DNA of 61,250 nucleotides, counting the filler, from Dugesia japonica (lineage: Eukaryota): NCBI GenBank assembly GCA_001938525.1. It is 6 parts of 6 records of this genome, joined end to end, with 100 filler letters (N's around TTAATTAATTAA, not from the genome) between each part and the next. Parts side by side here need not be neighbours in the genome. Positions count along the whole stretch, not along the records: positions 29,878 to 39,227 come from MQRL01557401.1; positions 39,328 to 49,526 come from MQRL01628079.1; 4 more parts are not named here. One strand, 5' to 3'. Shown here one piece after another: positions 37,500-49,526 of this stretch (position 1 is the first letter of the stretch; each line of letters begins with the position of its first letter). The notes beneath the pieces were generated by a model. That model worked only from the letters and a program-made list of their open reading frames with translations. It made no database searches and was not told the DNA's origin. The position numbers were made by a program, and so were the translations under genes.

Positions 37500-38276
37500 T
37501 ATTTTTAGTTTTACTATACATAGTGCATTAAAATTTTATCAATCAACTGTATTAGTCAATTGATTATAAAAATCGATGTATAAACAAATATAAAAGTGTA
37601 TACAATTGAAAAATATCAATAATAAAAAATGTTTATTTTAAATTTTTTTTGTAAAACATGTTTATCAATGGAAAATTTATATTTTTATAATGTAAAAATT
37701 TGCATGATTATCATTAGGTCAATGCATGCTGACCTAACGCAAAATCAGTATTAATACTGATTAGTTTTAGTTGATTCAGAGTCATTTTATTTGCAGAGAC
37801 TCTAACTTCTTTGAGCAGCAGTCCTCTGTCAAAGGAAATTACTGCGCTTAGCATTATAACTACTACGTTTATATTTTTATACATCAAAAATAAATATTAA
37901 AAGGTTAATTACTTATTTATTTATATAGGAAAACGAATACACTATATTATTATATTTATAAGTTTTGAATAAAATATCTACTATATAGTATTGTATCAAC
38001 ATACCAAAGGGAAATCAATATCCGTAAAATAATACACACATTACCATACAATAATTTAAAATCACGAACCATAAAATCTCTTTGTTGAGTTTAAATACCC
38101 AACAGTAATATTTTTTCATTATTGGCTATAACATCTTGAGCAGTTTTCATACCAAAACTACCAATACGTTTAAGAATAGGAAGCGCAAATCTACCTATTG
38201 TACGCAACCATACGGACTCAAATGGTTTTCCTACAAAGTAAGGCAATTCTCTACCTGCTTGACTGTTACTATACAA
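36897..38276 (-). pseudogene. Basic core protein gene, Polinton B, split by a solo LTR
   Basis: YSNSQAG.ELPYFVG...LRTIGRFALPIL; rejoins in frame (EKILPTWKSNALAELG) after removal of 37161-38104 and one TSD copy; KR-rich tail. Confidence 0.75.
37161..38104. mobile_element. Solo LTR with a 4-bp target-site duplication
   Basis: Starts TGTTGGG and ends CCCAACA; GTAA duplicated at 37157-37160 and 38105-38108. Confidence 0.8.
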
Positions 38277-38321
38277 TGATATAATATCAGGAATAGATAT
38301 TAGTTTTATTAAAATGTAAAG

Positions 38322-39227
38322 TTAAATGTGATTTTTATCTTTTGGAAACTTGATTAATTTTCCATTATCATCACNAATATTAATTTCTATATTGTTTATA
38401 CATGTTGTTGCAATCGGTAAATACATTGGATTATCAACTATTATTTGTACTACTTCATCAGTTTTATGTTTTTCTATCCATACCAATTTTAAAAGAGGAA
38501 CTTTAACATCTCTTACGATTATAGGTTCAACAATACTACTATAGATGGACATTTATTGATACAACTTAATTATTTTCGGATTTCTAATAGCTTGCAATCT
38601 ACTATCCTTCAATTTTGCATTTGAATATTTTTGTTTTTCTAATCCAAATTTTTTTGCCAAGACTTTGTCAAATGTAACAGTTTTGATATCATTTCTTAGT
38701 GACATTTGAAATAGATTATTTACTTTGAGAATAATTGTATAAAATAGTTCAGAATCACTTTCTGTTAAATATTTACTTAATTCTGCTATTTTTGTTATGT
38801 AAATTCATCTTTCAAATGAATAGTATGATAACTTACTTGAGTATATTCTATTTTAAATTTTACATATTCTATTGGAGAATCTTCTTTAAATTCTGTATAC
38901 AGAATAGGAAAATATCCAAGATTTATTTGGTTAATCTTTTATGAAAATCCTAATCTATTTGCAATTATTTCATTTTCAAATATGGCAACATACGGATAGT
39001 CACAATTATTAGTTAAATAACCACTAAACGCTATATAGACATTATTATTTTCATTTTTACTTATACTCAAGGATTCTTCTTTGTGATTACTTGTAACAGT
39101 TATTTCATTTGATATATTTTTGTAGACATGTATTGAATTTTAGACTTGCTATTAAATGGAAATGTTTGATATACAAAGGTAAAATCTAACAATGCTACTT
39201 CCTAACTATCATCCATATAAATCGGAT
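38322..39227 (-). pseudogene. Penton protein, Polinton B
   Basis: EVALLDFTF at the 5' end; IYSSIVEPIIVRDVKVPLLKLV...NPMYLPI...IEINI.DDNGKLIKF at the 3' end. Confidence 0.85.
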
Positions 39228-39399
39228 NNNNNNNNNNNNNNNNNNNNNNNNNNNNNNNNNNNNNNNNNNNNTTAATTAATTAANNNNNNNNNNNNNNNNN
39301 NNNNNNNNNNNNNNNNNNNNNNNNNNNAAACAAAATAGGTAATTTTTTTCCTAATATTGCAAAATGTCAAAATTAAAACAATTTGTAGTTGATCAAGTA

Positions 39400-39936
39400 A
39401 ATGATGATGTTTTTATTCGCCAAAAAATATTTTTTGAGAAGAAAAACTATGGAAAAAAAGAAACATTATGTAAATAAGAAGCAACAAGTAAATAAAAGGA
39501 AACAAATGAATATGTTTGAAAAAGGAGTGGGAAGATTGAAAAGAAAACATCAATCATGATGAACAAATAACTAATTATAACAAACTGGAAGTAAGTTGTG
39601 AACATCAGAAACCATTTGAAGATATTTTGGAGTTAAAAATAATTTTTATGGTAAGAAATTTATTTATTGATAATTTATTTAATTTTTTTTTTAGAACTAG
39701 CAACTCAAATAGTAAATGAACGTTTTCCAGAATTTGTAGAAGAATGTAATATTATGAATTCAGAACAATATTGGCGTCATGTTTTAAGAACAACCATCAA
39801 TGATATTGATAAGCTTATAGATGATTTCATTTTAGAATTGAAAATGGAGTTTGGACATAACAGAAACAAAGCTAATTATTACTTGCAGCAGCTGAAGAAT
39901 ATGAAAATCAGTTGTAATGTTATTTTGGAAAATTAA
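39400..39936 (+). pseudogene. Possible spliced accessory gene
   Basis: Helical ORF ELATQIVNERFPEFVEEC... preceded by an intron-like GTAAG...TTTTTAG segment (~39651-39694). Confidence 0.3.
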
Positions 39937-40147
39937 TTTTTTTAATAAATATTTTATTATTGGAAATAGATGCAACTCAGGTGCAACATATAAGCAACAC
40001 ACATTCACACAAAAATCACGTGCCTGTGAATTTTTTAAAATAAAAATATTCACTGTAATGAATTATTTTTTAAAAGGTTCCTACTTTAATGAATTTTTTA
40101 TAAAAATGTTTACTGTAATGAATTATTACAGATTAAATAAAGGAAAA

Positions 40148-40630
40148 TAGTAGTCTTGTTGAACCTGTAATTGTAGGTAATGTTAGTGTACTTTTGTTGA
40201 AATCAATATGGATAGAAAAGCATGAAACTTATGAAGTAGTACAAATAATAGTTTAGAATCCAATGTATATANNNNNNNNNNNNNNNNNNNNNNNNNNNNN
40301 NNNNNNNNNNNNNNNNNNNNNNNNNNNNNNNNNNNNNNNNNNNNNNNNNNNNNNNNNNNNNNNNNNNNNNNTACATTTTAGGAAACTAAGTATTGAATCC
40401 TGATATTTTTTCAATGTATAGTACTAGTCAAGCAGGTGGAGAATTATTTTACATTCTTGGAAAACAGTGCGGATCCGGTTGGTTACGAACAATAGGGAAA
40501 TTCGCATTACCTATTCTTATACGTATTAGTCAATTTGGTATGAAAACAGCTTAGGATGTACTAGCTAATAATGGGAAAATACTACCAACATTAAAATCCA
40601 AGGCATTAACTGAGGTTGGAAATGTGGTTT
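40148..40630 (+). pseudogene. Penton C-terminal fragment plus core-protein N-terminus (second Polinton B copy)
   Basis: SSLVEPVIVGNVSV..IWIEKH..VVQII; MYSTSQAGGELFYILGKQCGSGWLRTIGKFALPIL from 40414. Confidence 0.8.
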
Positions 40631-41230
40631 TTCTCAATAAAGACATTGTTTGCTTAGATCGTCCGAGCTACATAGGACAAACTGTACGTAACCTCTCAAA
40701 ATTAAGAATGTACAAACTTCAGTACATTGAGTTGGACAAGTACAGGAAAAAATATAATTGTAAAATTAATATTGTAGTCGGCGATACAGATAGTTTTTTT
40801 CTAGAAATAGAAAATATTAAATTAGAAACTATAACAGCTAGTATGCTGAGAGATCAGCTACTTGATACTTTGAATTATGATAAAGATAGTAACATCATGA
40901 ATTCGTAATAGGGAAATTAAAAGATGAGAGAAAAGTGAAGAAGTATCAAGAATGGGTATTTTTAAGGCCGAAATGCTATAGCCTTCTCAGTGATAAGAAC
41001 AGTATGAGAGCAAAAGGCATAACATTGAAGAACACAAAAATTTCTCATCAGTCTTACATTGACTGTTATAATAAGAACAAATCGGTCTCGGTCGAACAAT
41101 TTAGGATAACCACCAAAAATCATCAATTATACAGCATTAAGCCAAACAAAATAGCGCTGACAAACACGGACGATAAGCGGGTATGAGTTCATAAAAATAA
41201 AAGTGTACCATATGGTCAATATAGCCTAAA
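40630..41230 (+). pseudogene. pPolB C-terminal part, intein-free
   Basis: PSYIGQTV..LSK..MY; VVGDTDSFF (GDTDS at 40780-40794); GKLKDE, LRPKCY, RAKGI, KIALTNTDDKR, VPYG. Confidence 0.9.
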
Positions 41231-41799
41231 ATTGTTTTTTCCATCAATTCGATTCAGCTTCATCAAGAACAAAACATCAAACAAAGGTATTTATATGTTT
41301 TTAATGTAAGTTTAATTATTTCTATTTAGATTATTACAAGAAAAGAAAAAAGATAAAACCAATTGTGAACGTATAACCGGTCCTCTTTAGGGCCAAAATT
41401 GTATATTGAATTGTGAATAAAAAGATGTTATTATTATTTCTTAAGTTTTTTTAATGAACATGACGTCATCATGTATTTACATGACCCGAGCATGCATTAT
41501 GCATGACGACTGCATGCATTTACATGTTAATTATAAAAAAAATTAAATTAAATCTTATATTAACAATGAATTTGGATTTTATTATAGAAGAAATGTTAGA
41601 AAATATTGATAAAAATTATTTTTTTACCAGACCTTAAAATACTACCAACAATTGAAGGTAATTTAAAAAAAAATTATATTATTTAAATATATGATTAATT
41701 AAAAAAACTATGTTTGATATATAAAATGAAAAGAGTTTGATTTATTACTTGACATTTATTAACACACAAAAGTACAACAATTTACAACATTTAACAATA

Positions 41800-42560
41800 A
41801 ACAGTAAAATAAAGTCTTTCACAACCAAGAAACAAGGTGTTTGTGTAATTGTTTGACATTGCACACTGAATCTAAACTAATAATTAATAGGTTTACATAA
41901 ATAAAAAAATATTACCGCAATTTTTCTTCCTATCCACATGAGATTGCCTTTGCATTTCGATATTTGTTCTGCTTATGCTGATTATCTCCGGACTCTGATA
42001 TTGTATGTCAATGTTCAGGTTATTAGCAATTTTTACTTTTTCTTCCTTGTAAATCTCAATAGCTGCTGTTGGTGGATTAAGTTCAAAAAACTTTATCAAA
42101 TTTTTCATCAAAAATGACGTGTTTTCAAGCACCTTTGGATCGAATTGAAGTTTTTTAATACTTTATTCTTTTCTTAATACTTAATTAAATAACAATTATT
42201 GTATTAATATTAATAATATTATTACTACCAAACTATCTAGAAATTGAATTTGTATCAAAGCATGAATACCCTTTTGTAGTTTCCTCTCCAAATTATATCG
42301 ATACAACAAAATTTTATTGTTGGATATTTCCGTCATCGGATTCATAAACGGTTCCAGATTGTATTCTCTCTTCAATGCTTCTGCTTTATTAACTTATTTA
42401 AATTATCCAAATAGCCTAGTGTATAGGCCTGATTGATGATTGATAACATTTTGTATCCTTCATTGGCGGAGAATCTTCATTATCTTTGTTGTATATATCT
42501 ATCTGCTTGCGCATTTCATATTGTTTGTGAGATGAATTGCGAATATCTACCATTTTGAAA
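41800..42560 (-). pseudogene. Possible spliced accessory gene near the Polinton end
   Basis: ORF 41893-42132 flanked by intron-like AT-rich segments; no recognisable motif. Confidence 0.25.
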
Positions 42561-42759
42561 ATAATGAAATATTTAAAAGAATTTATATTTATTTACTTGT
42601 TGTGTATGTGTGTATAATATTATTGGTTGTAAAAAGGACAGAAACATACCTGGAACCAATAAAAATTCATCTAAATGAAGAAAACATTAAAGAAGAAAAG
42701 AAAAGTAGTTGTAATAATAAATGTTTATTATTGTAAATAGTTTTTTATTAATGAATGCA

Positions 42760-43865
42760 ATATGTTTGCAAGAGGGATGCATCACGTGCCTGGGAATTTT
42801 AATAAATGCAATAGGCATGCAATATGAATGCAATACAGCAACACATNNNNNNNNNNNNNNNNNNNNNNNNNNNNNNNNNNNNNNNNNNNNNNNNNNCGTG
42901 AATTTTAGACTGCCCCAATCTCTTACAAAAATATAAAGACTGCCCCATCTTCTGCAAAAATTTAGACTGCATCATCCCATACATAAATATAAAATCTGCT
43001 CTAATAGAAAATAGAAAAAGAAGGGAAAAAATTTGTATTTTTCGCCAAAAATATCGAGACTGCCCTCATCTTCTGCCAAAATATAAAGACTGCCCTTCCC
43101 ATACATAAATAAAAAGTCAGCTCAAAAAATACATCTATTTTTACATAAACCAATATTTTCAATTAATTAGAGCATTTTTATTAAAATTCATCATTTTTAT
43201 TAAAATAAACTTTTCAAAAAAACTATTACGTCACAGCCACCCCACAGAAAAATTTCATTTAAATTTTATAAAATCTGATAATTAATTCCGTTCACACCCA
43301 TACCCATTTCTCTCGCCCAAAATCTTTTTTTAACATCTTTATACTATTTACAAACATCAACTAATCAAATTTTAGCACAAAAAGTCGTAAATTCTGACAC
43401 AATCTACCTTCAACATATTCCCCATCACATTACTTTTCACACAAACCATCACCTACAAAATCCATCAACTACCAACAAACCTACACCTTCCCAAAAATCA
43501 AAGCGCGATAACTCATAACTGTGTCAGTTCGCTACCACACTTGTAGGACGAACCATTCATCCTATCTCGTAAGTCCTTTAGACAATGTATAGACAGAATT
43601 TCGGTCCTGACACACTTATATCTTAAAAGCCCTCAAAAAGTTAAACCCAAGATCTCCACACATCTCTCCAGTGCAATTTTACTCTTACACACACACCACC
43701 TCCACATGACCTCAACCTTNNNNNNNNNNNNNNNNNNNNNNNNNNNNNNNNNNNNNNNNNNNNNNNNNNNNNNNNNNNNNNNNNNNNNNNNNNNNNNNNN
43801 NNNNNNNCCCCCCCCCGCCAGGGAAAAGAAAATAAATTGTGCTAGTGCGCTTCTATCTACCTACT
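42760..43865 (-). repeat. Polinton subterminal region and terminus (...CTATCTACCTACT)
   Basis: Reverse complement begins AGTAGGTAGATAG; internal blocks mirror 45358-45510 and 46690-47200. Confidence 0.7.
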
Positions 43866-44481
43866 TTGATTTATATAACTATGTATAAAAATATATATAA
43901 ATAATAATTTATTTTGAAAATAAAAAAAATTTTGAAGCTCACAATAAAATACCATTCGTTAGGCAACATTAACGAACACGAGAAACCTTACTGATTGTAA
44001 GTAGTAAACTACTATTTACTATTAGTAGTTGACTATTTTTTGTTATCTTTTTGGTTTTATGTGCACAGCAGGAATATTTTTTTTTAATTATGAACCCGAA
44101 TCTGGTTGAGGTTTTGGGTTCAACGGGTTCGGTTTCAGTCTCTGGTTTTGATAAAATAAATTTTGTATTTCAAAAATAAAAATTTGAATTATATGTCTAG
44201 ATGTAGATTCTTCACTTTAATGGATATTCTTTTAGAATGGTGGATAATTACATACTTGTATGCTACTTATTTTCAATTATAATAATAACTTATTTTTTAT
44301 TATTGTTTTTAAGACTTTTATGCACTTTATTTTTTTAACTGGGTAATTTTCATTACTTTAGATATTTTAATTATACAGATAAGTCTTTTTTATTAATATC
44401 TAATGTTATTATGCGTTTTCACATTTTCAACTTTCAAAGTATCTTATTAATATTTAAATATTAATTTTACTGTCTATTTAG

Positions 44482-44610
44482 TATGGAGCTAACGTTTGTC
44501 ATATTGATTCATTCATGAGAACACCATATAAAGTAGCTTACAAAGGTAACCATTTAAAAATTTGTAATTTGCTAGAAAAACACGGCGCTCTAAAAGATGG
44601 AATGATTTGA
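44482..44610 (+). CDS. Terminal exon of a host ankyrin-repeat gene
   Basis: TTAG acceptor then YGANVCHIDSFMRTPYKVAYKGNHLKICNLLEKHGALKDGMI*. Confidence 0.7.
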   Translation, partial: YGANVCHIDSFMRTPYKVAYKGNHLKICNLLEKHGALKDGMI

Positions 44611-44874
44611 TATTAACTATATGTTCTTGTAATTGAGGATATATTTGTTTTACCGTAAACATTTTTCATGTTAAGAATAATTAGAATATGATATTGAATG
44701 GAATGAATGTTTTCTTGTAAATAAATGTGTATTGTGATTTTCATTTTTAAATTTTCTATTCCTTTAATTGTCACAAATAAGAATTAAAAATATTTATTTT
44801 TAACATCTTACATTAATCTTAAATTTCAATTCATACGTTATCTAAGAATTTTCGTAAATTTATACATTCACTAA

Positions 44875-47200
44875 AGTATGTAGATAGTGGTGCACGGGAA
44901 AAGCTACCAAACCCACTCCCATTTGTAAAAATTATTACATAAGTGTTACCAACTTTCTCTTCTTTTTAAGCATTGATAATTTTGCACACGTGAGTAGGTA
45001 GATAGTGGCGCATTACCCAACTTTTTTTAAAGTATTTATCGCGCGACCTCCCCCCCCCCGGTGGAGCTCGGAAACTGCGTAATTAAACGTTGGGTATGTT
45101 TTTTTTCTAAGATTTTTGGGGTCAAATATTTTTTGATCACAACAGTTTTTTTTATCCTGGCAATTTTTTCGATTGGATCATTTTTTTTCCTGGAAAACTT
45201 TTTGATTGTATCAGAAATTTTTTATCGGATCAATTTTTTTATCTGTTTTGTTTTTTATTCATTTTCTAATCTTTTATTTTTTTAGGATAGAATTTTTGTT
45301 TTAATTAATGAAATTTATTTTGTTTTAATTAATGAAATTTATTTTGTTTTCATTGATTTAATAGTTGCATTTTGTAGGTAATTCAAATTTTAATGTTTTT
45401 TTGGGGTTAGGGAATTTTAATTTTTTTTGTAGAAGACTATATTTATGTATGAAATGGGACAGTCTTGATATTTTGCATGGTTTTTGGGGGACTCTATATT
45501 TTGATTGGTATNNNNNNNNNNNNNNNNNNNNNNNNNNNNNNNNNNNNNNNNNNNNNNNNNNNNNNNNNNNNNNNNNNNNNNNNNNNNNNNNNNNNNNNNN
45601 NNNNNNNNNNNNNNTACATATGTTCAAAGGTATTTAAGGAATAAGACATTAATTAATTTCTTATAAGTTAATTAGTTGAAATAAATTATTAATAATTATT
45701 TTCATGCATTTTTTCAGTCTTGTTTTCCTTCCATACCATTACATTACCTCCTCTGACATGTACAGTCCAACGGAGCGAATCCATCAAGGTCTTTAGCATC
45801 CAATTCGAGTCCGTTAATAATTGAACTTATCGATTAGCTTGCGTAGTTTTAACTAGGCTAAGCTCGATTACAGTATGTGGATCTCTGGTAGCAGTGTTTC
45901 TATCCGTTCACATTCGAACATAATTGAACATCATTATAATTGTTTTAAAAACAATCAGTCATCATCGTCAATAGTTGACTGGACTCAGATCCGCAAAATA
46001 GTAAGGAATTCCAAGACAACTGTTACTTTTTCAATACATGACATTTTTTTAAATATTATTTAGCACATATTAGACATCTTTGACCATATTAATAGAACCT
46101 TTAAATATTATAGACCATATTACTATGGAACCTTTAAACATAATTGACCATATTAATGGAANNNNNNNNNNNNNNNNNNNNNNNNNATGGAACCTTTAAA
46201 CATAATTGACCATATAATAATGGAACTTTTTATTTGATATACCTAAATTTACATTAAATTAACATATAAAAGAAATAAACTCACCATTTTTAATTTTCCA
46301 TTTTTAATTCTCCATTATTAATTTTAAATGCAATTAAGTATATATGAAATTAAAAAATCAATAAAGATATTGTTTTTTTTATAATTTCATATAATAAATA
46401 CATTTAAAATTAAGAATGCTAATTCATAGTAGCATAATTATAATAATTACAATTATGATATAATATTAAGTAATCAATATAATTATTGATTTTTTAATTT
46501 CTTATCATAATTGTAATTTTTATAATTATGCTAATATGATATGGATAAAATATAAATTTTTTAAATATTAATTTATTATTTACATAGTTACGGAGTATTT
46601 ATTTAGTTACTATGTATAGTTTGTATTATTTGCCTAGTTATGCTATGTGTGAGAGGTTTTCTTTAGATTATTGCTCTATTTTGAGTAGTTTAAAAAATTC
46701 CCAAGCACGTGTTGGTGTGTTGCAATTGTGTTGAATCTGAGTTGCATGCCTAATGCATTTATTAAAATTCCCAGGCACCTGTTGCTGTATTGCATTCATA
46801 TTGTATACCTATCGCATTTATTTTTCGCGGGAAATTAAAAAATTTCATTTTTGACAAGAAATTGAAAAAATTAATTTTTGATGGGAAATTTAAAAAAATT
46901 CTTAGGTGCATGATTTTCAATGAATGTGTGTTGCAGCTGTGTTGCATCACTATTGCTACTTAATTGAATGCCTGTATTGCTGTGTTGCTGTATTGCATTC
47001 ATATTGCATCTCTATTGCATTCATTATTAAAATATTGATGTAGTCTTGATATTAAGTATGATAGTGAGCAGTCTTGTTATTATTGCAAGATATTGGTCAG
47101 TCTAAAATTTAAATAAAATGAATTAACTTGATAAAATATTCAAAGAGGGGAGTCTTTGTGATATTTACATATTCTCTATTTTTACATTCTTTATTCAATT
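44875..47200 (+). repeat. Polinton left terminus/termini and subterminal region
   Basis: AGTATGTAGATAGTGG at 44875 and AGTAGGTAGATAGTGG at 44993; repeated TGCTGTATTGCATTCATATTG blocks; ~33-bp tandem repeats at 46075-46230. Confidence 0.65.
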
Positions 47201-47304
47201 TAAAACTTTTCTTTACAAGATGGTAAAAGCAGAACTTTTTTTTAAAATAAACAGATTGCTAGTGAAAATTTTCTTTAAAAAAACATATTACTAGTGACAA
47301 TTTG

Positions 47305-47530
47305 AGTGGAGAGGGTTTAAAAAGGAAGAGAGTACAGAAAGGAAGAGGGTAAAAGAAGAGGGTTAAAGAAAGAAAGAGGGTAAAAGAAAAGGAGGAGGGT
47401 AAAAGAATAGAAAATGGTAAAAGAAGGAATTGGGTAAAAGAAAAGGGTTAAAGAAAAAAAGAGGGTAAAAGAATGAAGAGGTTAAAAGAAAAGAAGAGGG
47501 TAAAGGAAAGGAAAAAGATAAAAGAAAGTT
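47305..47530 (+). repeat. Purine-rich tandem repeat upstream of pPolB
   Basis: Repeated AAAGAAGAGGGTAAAAG units. Confidence 0.8.
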
Positions 47531-47574
47531 AAAGCGTTTTTAAATGGTTATTATACATAAACAAATTGGAATAT

Positions 47575-49352
47575 GTTTTATTTTAACTAAGAAAATGATA
47601 AATATTGCTGAAGTTCGAAGTAGAAATTTACTAGAAGACGTTGGATCGAGAATGATTTGGAGTGCAGATACTTGCAACTTGTACAGAAACCATTGCGCTA
47701 GTGTGAGTCACAATAGTGACTGCCATCATATTATGGAAAGATACTATGGTCATTGGTTTTATGGGAAAAATTATTTTGTGTGTCCTAATTGTAAGGTATT
47801 AGGTTTAGGGGACTTTTTAAGTTTTTATAAGACACATAAAACCACTTGACAAGCTTCAAGCAAAATAAACGAAATTTACTTAATACAATATTAGACATAC
47901 AGACGCATAGACAGTTAAATGAACGATCAGTAAATGAGATAGTTAAGCTAGAAGAACCAGAAGTTATTACAATCAAGAATATCATTGAAGATAACGAAGA
48001 AGAAGAAGAAACAATCAATAATGAACCAAATGAAGAGAATCAAAATTTCTTCAAACTATTTCCCTAAATTCTGGACATCAGTTTATGGTTGCAGAAGAAA
48101 ATATGCAAGATAGTAGATCGATAGTTAATACTGATGATGATGCCAAACTATTTGACGAAATTGGGGACGATGACATTATATTACAACAGTTTATGGAATC
48201 AGAAGAAAATATTCAATGCGGTGGATCAATAATTGCTACTGATGATGGTGTGATAATAGAAACAGATTTTAATCGCTTTTATCGTGTTTTAAAAATAGAT
48301 GTCTCAATTGGAATTTTGGAATTGGAATTACCAGAAGCAATAGTCAACAAAGGTTTTCAGACAATAGAAGAAATGAAACAAGTTAAAATTCAATTTGGAG
48401 TACGTGTTGAGTTAAAAAGGATAAGAAGAACTACTTATGGAGAATAATTTGAGTTAAAAACCTGTAGGATATCAAATAGAGCCGTTGAATTAACTGATAA
48501 CTTTTTTGAAAATGGGATAAACCAATTAAATGAAAAAATAACAATAAGAAGCGAACTAGGCTCCAGTTGGATGTTGAATCGAATACTGGGAATTAATTTC
48601 AAGATCACAAAATTTGCAGATATTTGTTGACTTTCGGGAAAAAGTTATATTCCAACACCGATAAATTTAAAAAAGAAAAGAGCAATTGTAAACGTCAGGA
48701 ACGATGATAATTACTGTTTTATTTACAGTATTTTTGCTATCAAGAAAAAAGAACAAATAAATCAATTAGACAAGAATAAAAATCACATAAGATTATATAA
48801 AATAAAACATGTCAGAGCTTGTATTCGATGAAGAGGATATGCCAATGAAACTGATTGATATACCAAGGTTTGAGAAGAATTATCCAGGACTATCCATCAA
48901 TGTCCTATCGTGGAATCAAGAATCAGTGGATNATGAAAAAGATGATGTAGTAATGAAACATTCAAGTTTGGACATAATTCATCGTTCAAAAGTGATAAAT
49001 GGACAGAAAATATATTAGTTATTACAAGAGAATAACAACAGATTTTATTACACCGCAGTAATGAATCTAAATCGTCTAATAAACAGGGATAATAATAAAC
49101 GACAGGGTGTTTGCATTCAATCAACATGGTATCCTAACTGTCTCAATGGATTAAAAAATGAAGTAGCATATTAGAAACACGAACCAATTTGTGAAAAAAT
49201 ACAGACAGGTACCGCAATGTATACGATGTCATCGCAGAAGAACTTGATTTTTAAGGATTATTCAAAAACTATAACACCGCATTTTGTGATATATGTGGAC
49301 TTTGAGTCGGTTTTACCTCCAGACCAGAAGCATTTCCTGAAACATTTACAGA
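47575..49352 (+). pseudogene. pPolB N-terminal half, Polinton B (copy 3)
   Basis: Cys/His-rich N-terminus, IQCGGS, VKIQFGV, GSSWMLNRI, AIVNVRNDDNYCFIYSI, FEKNYPGLSINV, and exonuclease-I FVIYVDFES. Confidence 0.88.
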
Positions 49353-49354
49353 AG

Positions 49355-49526
49355 GTAGATATGGGAGCACCAAACCGGGGTCCCTCGAGAGAGGGGGCCT
49401 ACGCCCCACCTCCCCACGAGTCATAGCCCCGTCCACTTTGGACTCCGCCCAATTTGATCTAGGGATACTTATTTCTCTTTTGAGGACCACTGTCTCTCTT
49501 TTCATTCTTGCTTTCTGATCCCATTG
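49355..49526. mobile_element. GC-rich insertion interrupting pPolB
   Basis: Abrupt switch to high GC immediately after the exonuclease-I region; runs into the contig end. Confidence 0.4.

Noticed and set aside
46075-46230. CRISPR-like ~33-bp repeats (also 6560-7095)
   Set aside because: Head-to-tail repeats without unique spacers, eukaryotic context and no cas genes.
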